Shown: positions 18,169 to 27,065 of the stretch, in pieces
Layout of the letters: each line of letters opens with the position of its first letter
Numbering within the stretch: position 1 is the stretch's first letter
From: Bacteroidota bacterium
Lineage (GTDB): Bacteria > Bacteroidota > Bacteroidia > AKYH767-A > OLB10
NCBI GenBank assembly: GCA_046303115.1
Contig: JBKCGZ010000026.1
Span: forward strand, 585 to 64,584
Direction of reading: 5' to 3'
Length of the DNA: 64,000 bases
The notes under the pieces: model-generated
The model's database searches: none
Seen by the model: the letters and a program-made list of their open reading frames with translations, nothing else
Told to the model about the DNA's origin: nothing
Translations under genes and position numbers: made by a program

Positions 18169-18248
18169 TGTTTAAAATATAATAAAAAATACATCTTAAG
18201 AAAATATAAAATAATATAAAATATAAAAATAATTTATGTTTAAAATAT
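18169..18248. repeat. AT-tract with 12-bp direct repeat tgtttaaaatat (x2, 68 bp apart) and degenerate aatataaaat iterations
   Basis: The direct-repeat copies lie at 18169-18180 and 18237-18248. Between them is aaaatataaaataatataaaatataaaaataa. The region is almost entirely A/T. Confidence 0.6.
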
Positions 18249-18308
18249 TAACATTGCATTGTAAATAAGTGGATAGGCGTGTAGTTAGTTTACCCTTAAA
18301 AGGAGTGG

Positions 18309-18316
18309 TACATTTG
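18309..18316 (+). promoter_or_regulatory. candidate -7 box (TACATTTG) for the 884-aa gene
   Basis: TACATTTG lies 17 nt upstream of ATG 18334. The -33 element is weak. Confidence 0.35.
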
Positions 18317-18333
18317 ACTAACCAACCTGCTAA

Positions 18334-20988
18334 ATGAAGAAAGTACTTCTGTCGTCAATTATTTCTGTAGTGATACTGGTAGCTGTAGCAGGAATTTTTA
18401 TCTATTATCAATACTATCGCAACGAATCAACAAGCCTTTACGAAGCTATTCCTTCTGATGTAGCATGGGTTATATCAGTAGATCCTACGACAGGTGATTT
18501 AAAGCGATTAGCTAATACTGGCTTTTTTAATAACCATGATTCTATTGCAGGACTTGACGATTGGTATAATTCGTTAATCTCACTAGATTCAGCAGTTGTA
18601 AAAAATCAAGCACTTCGATCTATTTTCAAAACATATCCCTTGGTGGTATCAGGGCATGTTACAGGACCTAACACATTTAGTGAAATTTATTATTTACGCT
18701 TAAATAATGCTAATCCCGATGGTGAAGCAGACCAGTTGGTAATGGGGATTTTAGGTAAAAAAGTTAAAAAGCAAACTAGAAATTACAATGGAACTGAAAT
18801 TCGAGAAGTTAGATTGGATAGTGCTCGAATGTTCACATGGTCAGTTTCAAAAGGTGTTTTTATAGGTAGTTTTACTCCATACCTTGTTGAAGATGCTTTA
18901 AGACAACAGAAATATATTAAGAGTTCTTCTCCAGCGGTGAAATTAATGGGGTTTGTAGACACCAATAAAAAGAATCTGGTTATAGGTATTCACTATAATG
19001 GTTTTCATAAATGGGTTTTGACCCAAGTGAATACTTTATCTGGATTAAAGTTAGAGCCCTTGCAGCGAGTAGGAGAGTGGTCAATTGCAAAGCTTAATAT
19101 AAAGTCTGACGGTATTACATTTCAAGGGACAACAACAGTTGATGGTTCTAACCAGTTTTTATCGTTGTTCAAGGATCAAAAAAGTGTTCCATTAAATGTG
19201 TTTAAAATTCTCCCTTCGCGAACTGCAGCTGTAGTTGCGTGGGGAATTAGTAGTCCTACCGTATGGCTTAATGATTTCGCTGAATATCTCCAGGAAAATA
19301 ATGGAATTACAAGTTCTGAAAAGAATAAAGTTTACTTTGAAGATTGGATTGGAAATGAAGTTTCATTGATAGTAACAGAACCTGTATCTAGTAATAATGA
19401 TAATAATTATTTTGCTGCAATAGCTGTTAATAATGTTGTGATTTGTCAGAAAAAAATGCTGGAGGTTTCTGAATTGGGAAGCGATAATAAGCCACTAGAA
19501 GAATCCTATAATGGAATTGCCATTAGAAAGTTAAAGAAAAATGATTTGATACCTTCTGTTTTGGGGCCATTATTTAATAAACTAAACGGAAGCTATTACT
19601 GTATAATTAATAATTATTTTGTTGCATCGAATCAAGTTGCAGCTTTGAGAGGATTTATCAATGATAATAAAAATAAAAATTTGCTCATTGATCAGAATAG
19701 ATTTAAAGAAATTACAAATAAAGTACATCCTTTTGGTAATTTATATTTCTATGCTGGATTTCCCCAATCGGAAAAAATATTTAAATCGATTGCTGCACCT
19801 GGATGGCTTGATTGGTTAACACAGTATGGAAATAAAGTTAAAGGATGGAATGGTATCGCATTAAATATTGGTTCATCTAATGGTGTTTTTAATACAACTG
19901 GCTGCTTAAGTTATTTTAATAATATTTCTCAAGGGCCCCATGCAATATGGGATTATAAGTGTGATACCACTATCATTGCTGGTCCATTTGCTCCAAAAGT
20001 CGATCACGATATATTGTTTGTTCAAGATGCTAATCTTGCCTTATCAGGAGTAGGAAAGGATGGCACATTAAAATGGAAAAAGTCCCTCGATAGCGAAATA
20101 AAGGGTGAAATCAAAACAGTCGATTTTTATAACAATGGAAGTGTTCAATATGTCTTTAATACGCTTACAAAAATTTATATGCTTGATTCCTTGGGAGATA
20201 ATGTTGGTAATTTCCCTATTCAACTACCTGACACAGCTACAACAGGAATAGGAGTGTTTCAGCTAAATTACAATACATCTGCTCAACTTTTCATTAGCTG
20301 TCGTAATATGGCGGTCTATGCTTATGAGCTGTCAGGTATTCCATTGATTAATTATCAGACAGTAACGCTTACGTCCAATGTTAAAACACCACCATTTTTG
20401 TCGGTTTATGGTACCAAGCGATACATTACTGTAGTAGATGTAGCCGGTGTTTGTTATTTTATAACTCCATTTGGCGAGAAAAAATTTAGACTTGATGAGA
20501 CTATTGGTAAACCAACTTCGAATAGGATATTTTCTGCCAAAGACACTTCTTCATTATTTATATGGGAAACTAGCGCGGGCATTTTAAAGTGCGCAAAAGG
20601 CTCAGGCGGATCAGTTACTTATTTTAGAGCAGAGAATGAATCGATAAAAGATATTGTATTAGGAAGAAAAAACAGCAAGACTTATTTCGCAGGTAGTGAT
20701 GGGGATTCTATTCATGTTTTTAATGCTAACGGTACTGAAAAAGTAGGAGCTAAATTGCCAGCTAATATAATTTTAAAAGATTTAACAGTATTGTTGGATT
20801 ACAGTGATGTATATATCTCATATCGTGATGGCGAAACCAACAACTTTTATCTTATAGATGGACTTGGTAGAATTTGTAAAGGGTTTCCTATTAAAGGCTA
20901 TGGTATCGCTAAAGATATTTCCTCGTCTAATCTTGAATTTATTTTTAAGTCAGGAACTAATTCGTTTAGCTTATATCAAATTGAATAA
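18334..20988 (+). CDS. large membrane-anchored hypothetical protein
   Basis: 884 aa with a single N-terminal TM helix (LLSSIISVVILVAVAGIFIYY). The rest is predicted to be extracytoplasmic. The C-terminal half is rich in beta-strand repeats and may be propeller-like. No family recognised with confidence. Confidence 0.65.
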   Translation: MKKVLLSSIISVVILVAVAGIFIYYQYYRNESTSLYEAIPSDVAWVISVDPTTGDLKRLANTGFFNNHDSIAGLDDWYNSLISLDSAVVKNQALRSIFKTYPLVVSGHVTGPNTFSEIYYLRLNNANPDGEADQLVMGILGKKVKKQTRNYNGTEIREVRLDSARMFTWSVSKGVFIGSFTPYLVEDALRQQKYIKSSSPAVKLMGFVDTNKKNLVIGIHYNGFHKWVLTQVNTLSGLKLEPLQRVGEWSIAKLNIKSDGITFQGTTTVDGSNQFLSLFKDQKSVPLNVFKILPSRTAAVVAWGISSPTVWLNDFAEYLQENNGITSSEKNKVYFEDWIGNEVSLIVTEPVSSNNDNNYFAAIAVNNVVICQKKMLEVSELGSDNKPLEESYNGIAIRKLKKNDLIPSVLGPLFNKLNGSYYCIINNYFVASNQVAALRGFINDNKNKNLLIDQNRFKEITNKVHPFGNLYFYAGFPQSEKIFKSIAAPGWLDWLTQYGNKVKGWNGIALNIGSSNGVFNTTGCLSYFNNISQGPHAIWDYKCDTTIIAGPFAPKVDHDILFVQDANLALSGVGKDGTLKWKKSLDSEIKGEIKTVDFYNNGSVQYVFNTLTKIYMLDSLGDNVGNFPIQLPDTATTGIGVFQLNYNTSAQLFISCRNMAVYAYELSGIPLINYQTVTLTSNVKTPPFLSVYGTKRYITVVDVAGVCYFITPFGEKKFRLDETIGKPTSNRIFSAKDTSSLFIWETSAGILKCAKGSGGSVTYFRAENESIKDIVLGRKNSKTYFAGSDGDSIHVFNANGTEKVGAKLPANIILKDLTVLLDYSDVYISYRDGETNNFYLIDGLGRICKGFPIKGYGIAKDISSSNLEFIFKSGTNSFSLYQIE

Positions 20989-21001
20989 AAAAATCGATTG
21001 A

Positions 21002-21310
21002 TCAAATCGAATCAAAGCACTTGTATAGTGTATTAATTAACTTTTGCTCCTCTTTTGTTTTAATATTCTTATTAATAAACCAATTCTTTTTAAATTCGGA
21101 ATTGATTTTTATCGAGGTCTGATTTTTATTAATATCGTCCACTTGTATTTCAATACGTATTTCAGGTTTTAGAAACTGTTTCTTTGAGCATGCTATGATT
21201 CTGCCTGTAGATTTATCAAATTCTTCTACAATAAAATTTCTCTTTTCAAGCGCTTTAAGGCTTACTTTGCAAACAACATCTTTATCGTAGAAAAAAGAAA
21301 TCTTACTCAT
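21002..21310 (-). CDS. small Lys-rich hypothetical protein
   Basis: 102 aa with no signal peptide. A TATATTTG box on the minus strand lies at 21330-21337, 19 nt upstream. Confidence 0.5.
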   Translation of the reverse strand: MSKISFFYDKDVVCKVSLKALEKRNFIVEEFDKSTGRIIACSKKQFLKPEIRIEIQVDDINKNQTSIKINSEFKKNWFINKNIKTKEEQKLINTLYKCFDSI

Positions 21311-21380
21311 AAATTGAAGTGTGGTTTAACAAATATATTAATATTCAGCAAATAGCCAAATAATCATAATGAAAACAACG

Positions 21381-21417
21381 AAAAAAAGGCTGCTCCTTGC
21401 TGGAGCAGCCTTTTTTA
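21381..21417 (-). terminator. rho-independent terminator after the OmpA/TSP3 gene (bidirectional shape)
   Basis: Stem ggctgctcc / ggagcagcc with loop ttgct. It is flanked by an A-run and a T-run. Confidence 0.8.
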
Positions 21418-21434
21418 TTGGTTTTTATTTAGAC

Positions 21435-22952
21435 TTATTTAACTGAGAAGTCTACCCTTCTGTTCATTGAATTTAACTTCACTGCAACTGGATCTTTTGA
21501 ACCTTTAGTTTCAGTTGAAATTCTAGATCCATCAATTCCAAAGCTCTTTACTAAAATTTCTTTAACGTTCTCAGCACGACGGGCACCTAGACGTTGATTT
21601 TCATTGTCGCTTCCAGTAACATCACAATTACCTGTAATAGTAATATTAACTGAAGGATTTGTTTTCATCATCTTAGCGATAACAAAGATGCGATCATTAT
21701 AAATTGATTTTACAGTAGCAGATCCTAAGTCAAAGAAGATAGAAGGCATGTAACCAGAACCATTTGCACCATTAACTCCATCTTTTCCATGTTGACCAGG
21801 TTTAGCAATTGTAATTCCTTGGAAGTTTACTAATGAACCGCTTTCAGTTGCAGGCTCTAAATCTTTAGAGTCAGCAACGCCATCACCATCTGTATCTACT
21901 TCCTGACCATTAGCGTCTACTTTCGCTCCTTTAGCAGTGTATGGGTCTGCGTCTTTAGAATCAGCAACACCATCACCATCAGTATCTACCGTTGTACCAT
22001 CACCATATACCTTTGTGCCCTCTGGTGTAGCGTTGTCTTTATCAAATAAGTCCGAAACGCCATCTTTGTCTTTATCACCAGAAAGGATATTTACTTTCTC
22101 TTTTAAGTCGGCGATATCGTTATAAACAACCTCCATTGGATTAACCCATTCCATTGGCTTACTTTTCTTTCCCAAAGTATAGCTCACACCAGCATTTACC
22201 ATATAGTAACTATCGTATTCAGAAAAAGTCTTGGTTGTTGCATCTACATTGTCAGTAAAAGTTTTGCGATATTCCATCGCTAAGCCTAAGTCAATTTTTC
22301 CGATTTTATACTTGAATCCTAATGACAAAGGAATCATCAATTCACTTGTGCTTCCCGACGATCTTAAAACTGCGCCTGATTTAACGGTATCTGGACCTAA
22401 AATAACATCTGTTTTGCTATCTAATGTAATGTCACCATCGAAATGAAAAACACCGGCACCTAAAGTAGCGACCATGTGGAAATTTTTATTTCTGTTTAAA
22501 AAACTAATGTTTCCAAAATTATAAGTCATTTCTAATGCAGCCTCGTACATATTGCTCTCATACTTATCTGGAAAAAGTCCAAATGTAGTTGGTGCATTTG
22601 GATTCGCAGGATTAAAAGGAAGCCACGTACCTTTTGAGTTATATAAATATTCTTTATCGTAAGCTTCAAATCTAGATAGCATTCCACTTGCTCTCAAGCC
22701 GATAGAATGAGTTAATTGATAATTAACCATAAGTCCGTAACCTAGGTTAAAATTTAATTCATCCAACATTCTAGAGTTGTTTTGCGGACCACTGAGCAAA
22801 TCTCCATTTAAATGGGTAACTCCCAACTTTAACCCAACCGACAAGCGGTCGAAATCTTTGATATTCGGAAGTCCTCCACCTGAAGAAGTTTGAGCGTAAG
22901 ATGACGCAGTAATGAATAAGCAAAATGCTAATAGTAAATGCTTAGTTTTCAT
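21435..22952 (-). CDS. OmpA-family outer-membrane protein with thrombospondin type-3 Ca-binding repeats
   Basis: 505 aa with a signal peptide and an N-terminal barrel-like region. It has Asp-rich repeats ('DKDKDGVSD', 2x 'VDTDGDGVADSKD'). The C-terminal OmpA domain contains 'NQRLGARRAENV' and 'NRRVDFSV'. Confidence 0.9.
   Translation of the reverse strand: MKTKHLLLAFCLFITASSYAQTSSGGGLPNIKDFDRLSVGLKLGVTHLNGDLLSGPQNNSRMLDELNFNLGYGLMVNYQLTHSIGLRASGMLSRFEAYDKEYLYNSKGTWLPFNPANPNAPTTFGLFPDKYESNMYEAALEMTYNFGNISFLNRNKNFHMVATLGAGVFHFDGDITLDSKTDVILGPDTVKSGAVLRSSGSTSELMIPLSLGFKYKIGKIDLGLAMEYRKTFTDNVDATTKTFSEYDSYYMVNAGVSYTLGKKSKPMEWVNPMEVVYNDIADLKEKVNILSGDKDKDGVSDLFDKDNATPEGTKVYGDGTTVDTDGDGVADSKDADPYTAKGAKVDANGQEVDTDGDGVADSKDLEPATESGSLVNFQGITIAKPGQHGKDGVNGANGSGYMPSIFFDLGSATVKSIYNDRIFVIAKMMKTNPSVNITITGNCDVTGSDNENQRLGARRAENVKEILVKSFGIDGSRISTETKGSKDPVAVKLNSMNRRVDFSVK
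21866..22082 (-). repeat. in-frame coding repeats (TSP3 units) inside the OmpA gene
   Basis: Near-identical ~40-nt DNA units encode VDTDGDGVADSKD twice, plus degenerate copies. Confidence 0.7.
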
Positions 22953-23051
22953 TGATGTTTTATGTTTTTTTGATTATAGATGCAATAATAATTAAAAAAC
23001 AAATACAAATTGATACCTCAAAATAATTTAATTAGCAGGTAAATGATTCAA

Positions 23052-23702
23052 TTATAGTGTCTTTTGTATTTTCTGAAAACCAATTTTGTTTTGATTTTGT
23101 ATCAGTTCCAATAAAAATCTCAAATCGGATGAGTTTTCAATAAAATCAATATTGTCGCTTTCTACAAATAACACAGGTATTGTTGGGTAATCAGATAAAT
23201 GTTGCTGATATTGCTTGGAAATACTATCAAGATATTCTGATGGAATATTTTGTTCATAAGATCTACCACGTTTAGAAATATTTTTTTGAAGTTCCTCTGT
23301 CGATTTATTTAAGTATAAAATAAGATCAGGCTGCCGAAGATTTTTATTTATTAATTCAAAAAATTTTCTAAATAAATTTAATTCATTACCTTTTAAATTC
23401 ACGTTGGCAAAGAACATGGATTTCTCAAAAAGATAGTCGGATATAAGTACTTTATTGTTTTTTGAAGCTGATTCCTGTCGTGCATTTAGTTGTTGGTAGC
23501 GTTCCGCTAGGAATGACATTTCTAGAGGGAAAGCAAACCGTTCTGGGTTTTCATAAAATTGAGGGAGAAAGGTATTGTCCGCAAATTCTTCTAAAACTAA
23601 ATCAGTATTATAAATTCCAGAAAATATCTTAGCCAGCGAGGTTTTTCCAGCTCCAATATTTCCTTCAACTGCAATGTATGAGTAGGGTAGCGATGACTTC
23701 AT
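23052..23702 (-). CDS. deoxynucleoside kinase
   Basis: The start is moved to ATG 23702 (MKSSLPYSYIAVEGNIGAGKTSLAK, P-loop), 4 nt after the folK stop. 'LEMSFLAERYQQ' and 'KRGRSYE' are dNK-like. Confidence 0.85.
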   Translation of the reverse strand: MKSSLPYSYIAVEGNIGAGKTSLAKIFSGIYNTDLVLEEFADNTFLPQFYENPERFAFPLEMSFLAERYQQLNARQESASKNNKVLISDYLFEKSMFFANVNLKGNELNLFRKFFELINKNLRQPDLILYLNKSTEELQKNISKRGRSYEQNIPSEYLDSISKQYQQHLSDYPTIPVLFVESDNIDFIENSSDLRFLLELIQNQNKIGFQKIQKTL

Positions 23703-23706
23703 GATA

Positions 23707-24192
23707 TTATTTTTCCTTCTTGAATACGTTAAGTTCATCATCACATTCCACTAAAAGCTCAGCAATTGTTTTTTTCAAAGATGGATGCGTATAATCAGGA
23801 GTTATTTCGTTTAAGGGTATTAAGGTAAATTTTCGCAAATGTAATCGAGGATGAGGAATTATAAGGTCATTGGTGATAACTTCTAAATCATTGTAAAATA
23901 AAATGTCAATATCTATTATGCGAGGTCCATTAATAATCATTCTCGACCTTCCTAGTTCAGATTCAATTTCACGGGTCTCGTTTAATAATTCCAAAGGTGT
24001 TAAGAATGTTTCAATTATAACAACCTGATTTAAAAAATCACTTTGGTCTGAAAATCCCCATGGTTCCGTTCGATATAGTGATGACTGTAGTATAATCTTT
24101 CCGCACTTTTTCTCAAAGGAACTTAATGTTTCAATAAAGGTGCTTTCACAACTTCCAATGTTACAGCCTAAAAGTAATGTTGCTAAATTCAT
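23707..24192 (-). CDS. folK: 2-amino-4-hydroxy-6-hydroxymethyldihydropteridine diphosphokinase
   Basis: 161 aa with HPPK motifs ('YRTEPWG', 'GPRIIDIDILFY', 'IPHPRLHLRKF'). Confidence 0.9.
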   Translation of the reverse strand: MNLATLLLGCNIGSCESTFIETLSSFEKKCGKIILQSSLYRTEPWGFSDQSDFLNQVVIIETFLTPLELLNETREIESELGRSRMIINGPRIIDIDILFYNDLEVITNDLIIPHPRLHLRKFTLIPLNEITPDYTHPSLKKTIAELLVECDDELNVFKKEK

Positions 24193-24197
24193 TAATG

Positions 24198-24205
24198 CAA
24201 AATTA
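24198..24205 (-). promoter_or_regulatory. candidate -7 box (TAATTTTG) 5 nt before folK ATG
   Basis: The minus strand reads TAATTTTG-catta-ATG. Confidence 0.35.
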
Positions 24206-24250
24206 GTTTTATTTACAAATTGAGCTATTTTAGCAAATCAAAATTTAATT

Positions 24251-24763
24251 GTGTCAAAAAAATCGGTTGCCTTTATTCTGTTAGTTGTATTTATTATACA
24301 ACTTTTTGGGATGACTGCAATGTATTTTTCTCAACGCTATACAATTAAACAATCAGCTTTAAAAATTATTGAATCAGAAATCGAAAGCAACTTTACAAAT
24401 CTGAAATTATCTATATTAGAATTTCAATTAGCAAAGTTTGAAGAAAATGAATTGTTTATTAACGGACAACTTTATGATATTGTTTCAATTGAATTTTGTG
24501 AAGGACATGTGATTGTAAAAGCATTTCATGATACAGGCGAAGAATCGTTTATAAAAATGACAATCGATTGGTTTGATACATCAAATTCAAATAAATCACC
24601 ACTTCCTAAGTTGATTTTGAAGACATTTTTTAGTCCTGTAGTTCTGATAAAAAAATTCACTTTTAGTTTTTTGAATCTGTTAAATATCCAATTTTATAAA
24701 AGACTCTCATTGCAAGTTTTGAATGTTAATAGAATACCTGATACTCCACCACCGAATGAGTAG
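24251..24763 (+). CDS. membrane-anchored hypothetical protein
   Basis: 170 aa with a GTG start and an N-terminal TM helix (VAFILLVVFIIQLFGMTAMYF). It lies directly upstream of a TonB-dependent receptor. Confidence 0.5.
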   Translation: MSKKSVAFILLVVFIIQLFGMTAMYFSQRYTIKQSALKIIESEIESNFTNLKLSILEFQLAKFEENELFINGQLYDIVSIEFCEGHVIVKAFHDTGEESFIKMTIDWFDTSNSNKSPLPKLILKTFFSPVVLIKKFTFSFLNLLNIQFYKRLSLQVLNVNRIPDTPPPNE

Positions 24764-24809
24764 TCATTTTGCTAGGTAAAATCTAATATTCACATTTAAC
24801 AAGTTTAAA

Positions 24810-27020
24810 ATGAAAATTCGCAAAATGGGTGGGGTCATACTCTGCCTGTTACTATATGCCGTGAGTTACGGACAAACTGATAGTGCTAAAAAAAACCATA
24901 ATTTAAGAGAGATAATAATTATAGTAAACAAAACACAAGAAAAATTAATAAATATTTCTCAAGAGGTAAATGTTATTAATCGCGATATAATTGAGACGTT
25001 TAACCCAACTAATTCTGCCGATTTACTATCCAAACAAGGGTTGCAAGTTCAAATGAGTCAGCAGGGTGGTGGCAGTCCAACGTTGCGCGGATTTGAAGCT
25101 TCGAGAATATTATTGGTTATCGATGGAGTTCGAATGAACAATCTTATTTATCGAGCAGGACATTTGCAAGACATAATTAAAACGGATGTTAATCTACTAG
25201 ATCGCGTAGAAATTCTCTACGGACCATCCTCTACTATTTATGGAAGTGATGCGTTAGGCGGTGTGATTCATCTTCGTACAAAGAAGCCGATGTTTTCTTC
25301 TTCCACGAAGAAAGATACACATGTTTCTTTCTTGTCAAAATATTCAAGTGCAAATAATGGAATAACGAATCATGTTGATTTCAATTTTGGCTCAAATAAA
25401 TTCGCGCTATTAACATCAGTCTCTTTTAATCAATTTGGAGATTTGCAAGGTGGGAAAAACAGGAATCCGTTTTATGATAGCAACTATGGCGAAAGACCTT
25501 ATTATATAGCAACCAATAATGGTATTGATTCAATAATTAAAAATGATAATCGTTTTTTGCAGGTAGGAACAGCCTACAATCAGGTTGATTTTATTCAGAA
25601 AGTATCTTTCAAGCAAGATATTTACACTACGCACGATTTTAATTTTCAGTATTCTACTACTAACAATGTTCTTCGTTATGATCGATTGACGGATGTTAAT
25701 TCAACTGGCTCATTGAAATTTGCAGAATGGTACTACGGTCCACAAACCAGGTTGATGGCTGCTTATACTTTGAATAATTATAATAACAATCGTTTTATGC
25801 AAAATTTTCATTTGAATATTAGCTATCAATCACTACAAGAAAGTCGTCATAATCGAAGTTATAAAAGCGAAATACTTAATAATCGCATCGAAAATGTGAA
25901 TGTTATTGGCTATGATATTTATGCTCAACATGAAAGTGAAAAAAGCAAATTGTTGCTCGGATTTGACGGGCAATTGAACTCATTAAAATCCACTGCAAAT
26001 GCATTCAATATCATTAATGGTATAAGATCACCGTTAGATACTCGTTATCCGGATGGCGATAATTTAATGAATAATTTTGGATTGTATGTTTCACATAGTT
26101 ATAAGCTTTCTCGCAAGACAAATATTTCAGAAGGCGCACGTTTAGGTTATTCTGCGTTAAGGTCCACGTTGGTTGATACAGCCTTATTATTTAATTTGCC
26201 GTATACCAGCATTGAGCAAACAACTCCTGTTTATTCTGTTTCCTTCGGAATTATACACCGCCCTTCAATATCAAATAAGTTAAGTTTTACAATTGCTACT
26301 GGCTTTAGGGTTCCTAATGTTGATGACTTATCGAAAATATTTGGATCATCTGAAGGAAATGTCATTGTTCCTAATAAAGAATTGAAGCCGGAGCAAACTA
26401 TTAATTATGAAATTGGTTATACGCAATTTTTCGGAAGTAAAACATCATTGGAGAATTACGTTTATTACACTTCCATTAAGGATATTGCTGTGGTTGATAA
26501 ATTTACTTTTAATGGACAGGATTCAATTGTATATGATGGTAGCTTAAGTCAGGTGCTTGCAAATCAAAATAAAAACAAAGGTTTTATTTATGGAGCTAGT
26601 TCAAACATTACAACAGATTTGAATGATTACTTTAATTTACAATGTGGTTTCAACTATACCTATGGTCGATTGAAAACTGATTCGGTTGATTCGCCTTTAG
26701 ATCATATTCCTCCATTCATAGCACGTTTGGCTTTGAGTTATAAAAAAGATAAGGTTAAAGCATTATTCTATTCTAATTATAATGCGGCGAAAAAGCTTAA
26801 GGATTATTTTTTGAATGGTGAGGATAATGAGCAATATGCTACACCTGACGGTATGCCTGCATGGATTACATTAAATATCAGTGCATCATATAAGATTCAA
26901 AGGAACATTGATTTTAATTTTATTGTCGAAAATATTTTAGATACACAATATCGAGTATTTGCAAGCGGAATGAATGCGGCTGGGAGGAATTTTATCCTTT
27001 CTCTTCGAGGAAATTTTTAA
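24810..27020 (+). CDS. TonB-dependent receptor
   Basis: 736 aa with a signal peptide. Plug motifs are 'GGGSPTLRGFEASRILLVIDGVRMNN' and 'RVEILYGPSSTIYGSDALGGVIHL'. It has a long barrel and a terminal 'LSLRGNF'. Confidence 0.9.
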   Translation: MKIRKMGGVILCLLLYAVSYGQTDSAKKNHNLREIIIIVNKTQEKLINISQEVNVINRDIIETFNPTNSADLLSKQGLQVQMSQQGGGSPTLRGFEASRILLVIDGVRMNNLIYRAGHLQDIIKTDVNLLDRVEILYGPSSTIYGSDALGGVIHLRTKKPMFSSSTKKDTHVSFLSKYSSANNGITNHVDFNFGSNKFALLTSVSFNQFGDLQGGKNRNPFYDSNYGERPYYIATNNGIDSIIKNDNRFLQVGTAYNQVDFIQKVSFKQDIYTTHDFNFQYSTTNNVLRYDRLTDVNSTGSLKFAEWYYGPQTRLMAAYTLNNYNNNRFMQNFHLNISYQSLQESRHNRSYKSEILNNRIENVNVIGYDIYAQHESEKSKLLLGFDGQLNSLKSTANAFNIINGIRSPLDTRYPDGDNLMNNFGLYVSHSYKLSRKTNISEGARLGYSALRSTLVDTALLFNLPYTSIEQTTPVYSVSFGIIHRPSISNKLSFTIATGFRVPNVDDLSKIFGSSEGNVIVPNKELKPEQTINYEIGYTQFFGSKTSLENYVYYTSIKDIAVVDKFTFNGQDSIVYDGSLSQVLANQNKNKGFIYGASSNITTDLNDYFNLQCGFNYTYGRLKTDSVDSPLDHIPPFIARLALSYKKDKVKALFYSNYNAAKKLKDYFLNGEDNEQYATPDGMPAWITLNISASYKIQRNIDFNFIVENILDTQYRVFASGMNAAGRNFILSLRGNF

Positions 27021-27033
27021 ACAGTATAATTCT

Positions 27034-27065
27034 AAAAAAATCCCCGATAATTCGGGGATTTTTTA
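27034..27065. terminator. bidirectional rho-independent terminator between convergent genes
   Basis: Stem aaaaatccccg / cggggattttt (11 bp) with loop ataatt. The stop codon of the minus-strand peptidase (27063-27065) lies in the 3' arm. Confidence 0.85.

Noticed and set aside
18169-18248. AT-rich repeated motifs considered as a possible CRISPR array or minisatellite
   Set aside because: The repeats are 10-12 bp, degenerate and purely A/T. There are no unique spacers of ~30 bp and no cas genes. A promoter-proximal low-complexity or curved DNA tract explains it better.
21866-22082. Near-identical ~40-nt DNA repeats considered as a non-coding tandem repeat
   Set aside because: They are in frame inside the OmpA-family gene and encode thrombospondin type-3 Ca-binding units (VDTDGDGVADSKD). 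This is a normal feature of that protein family.
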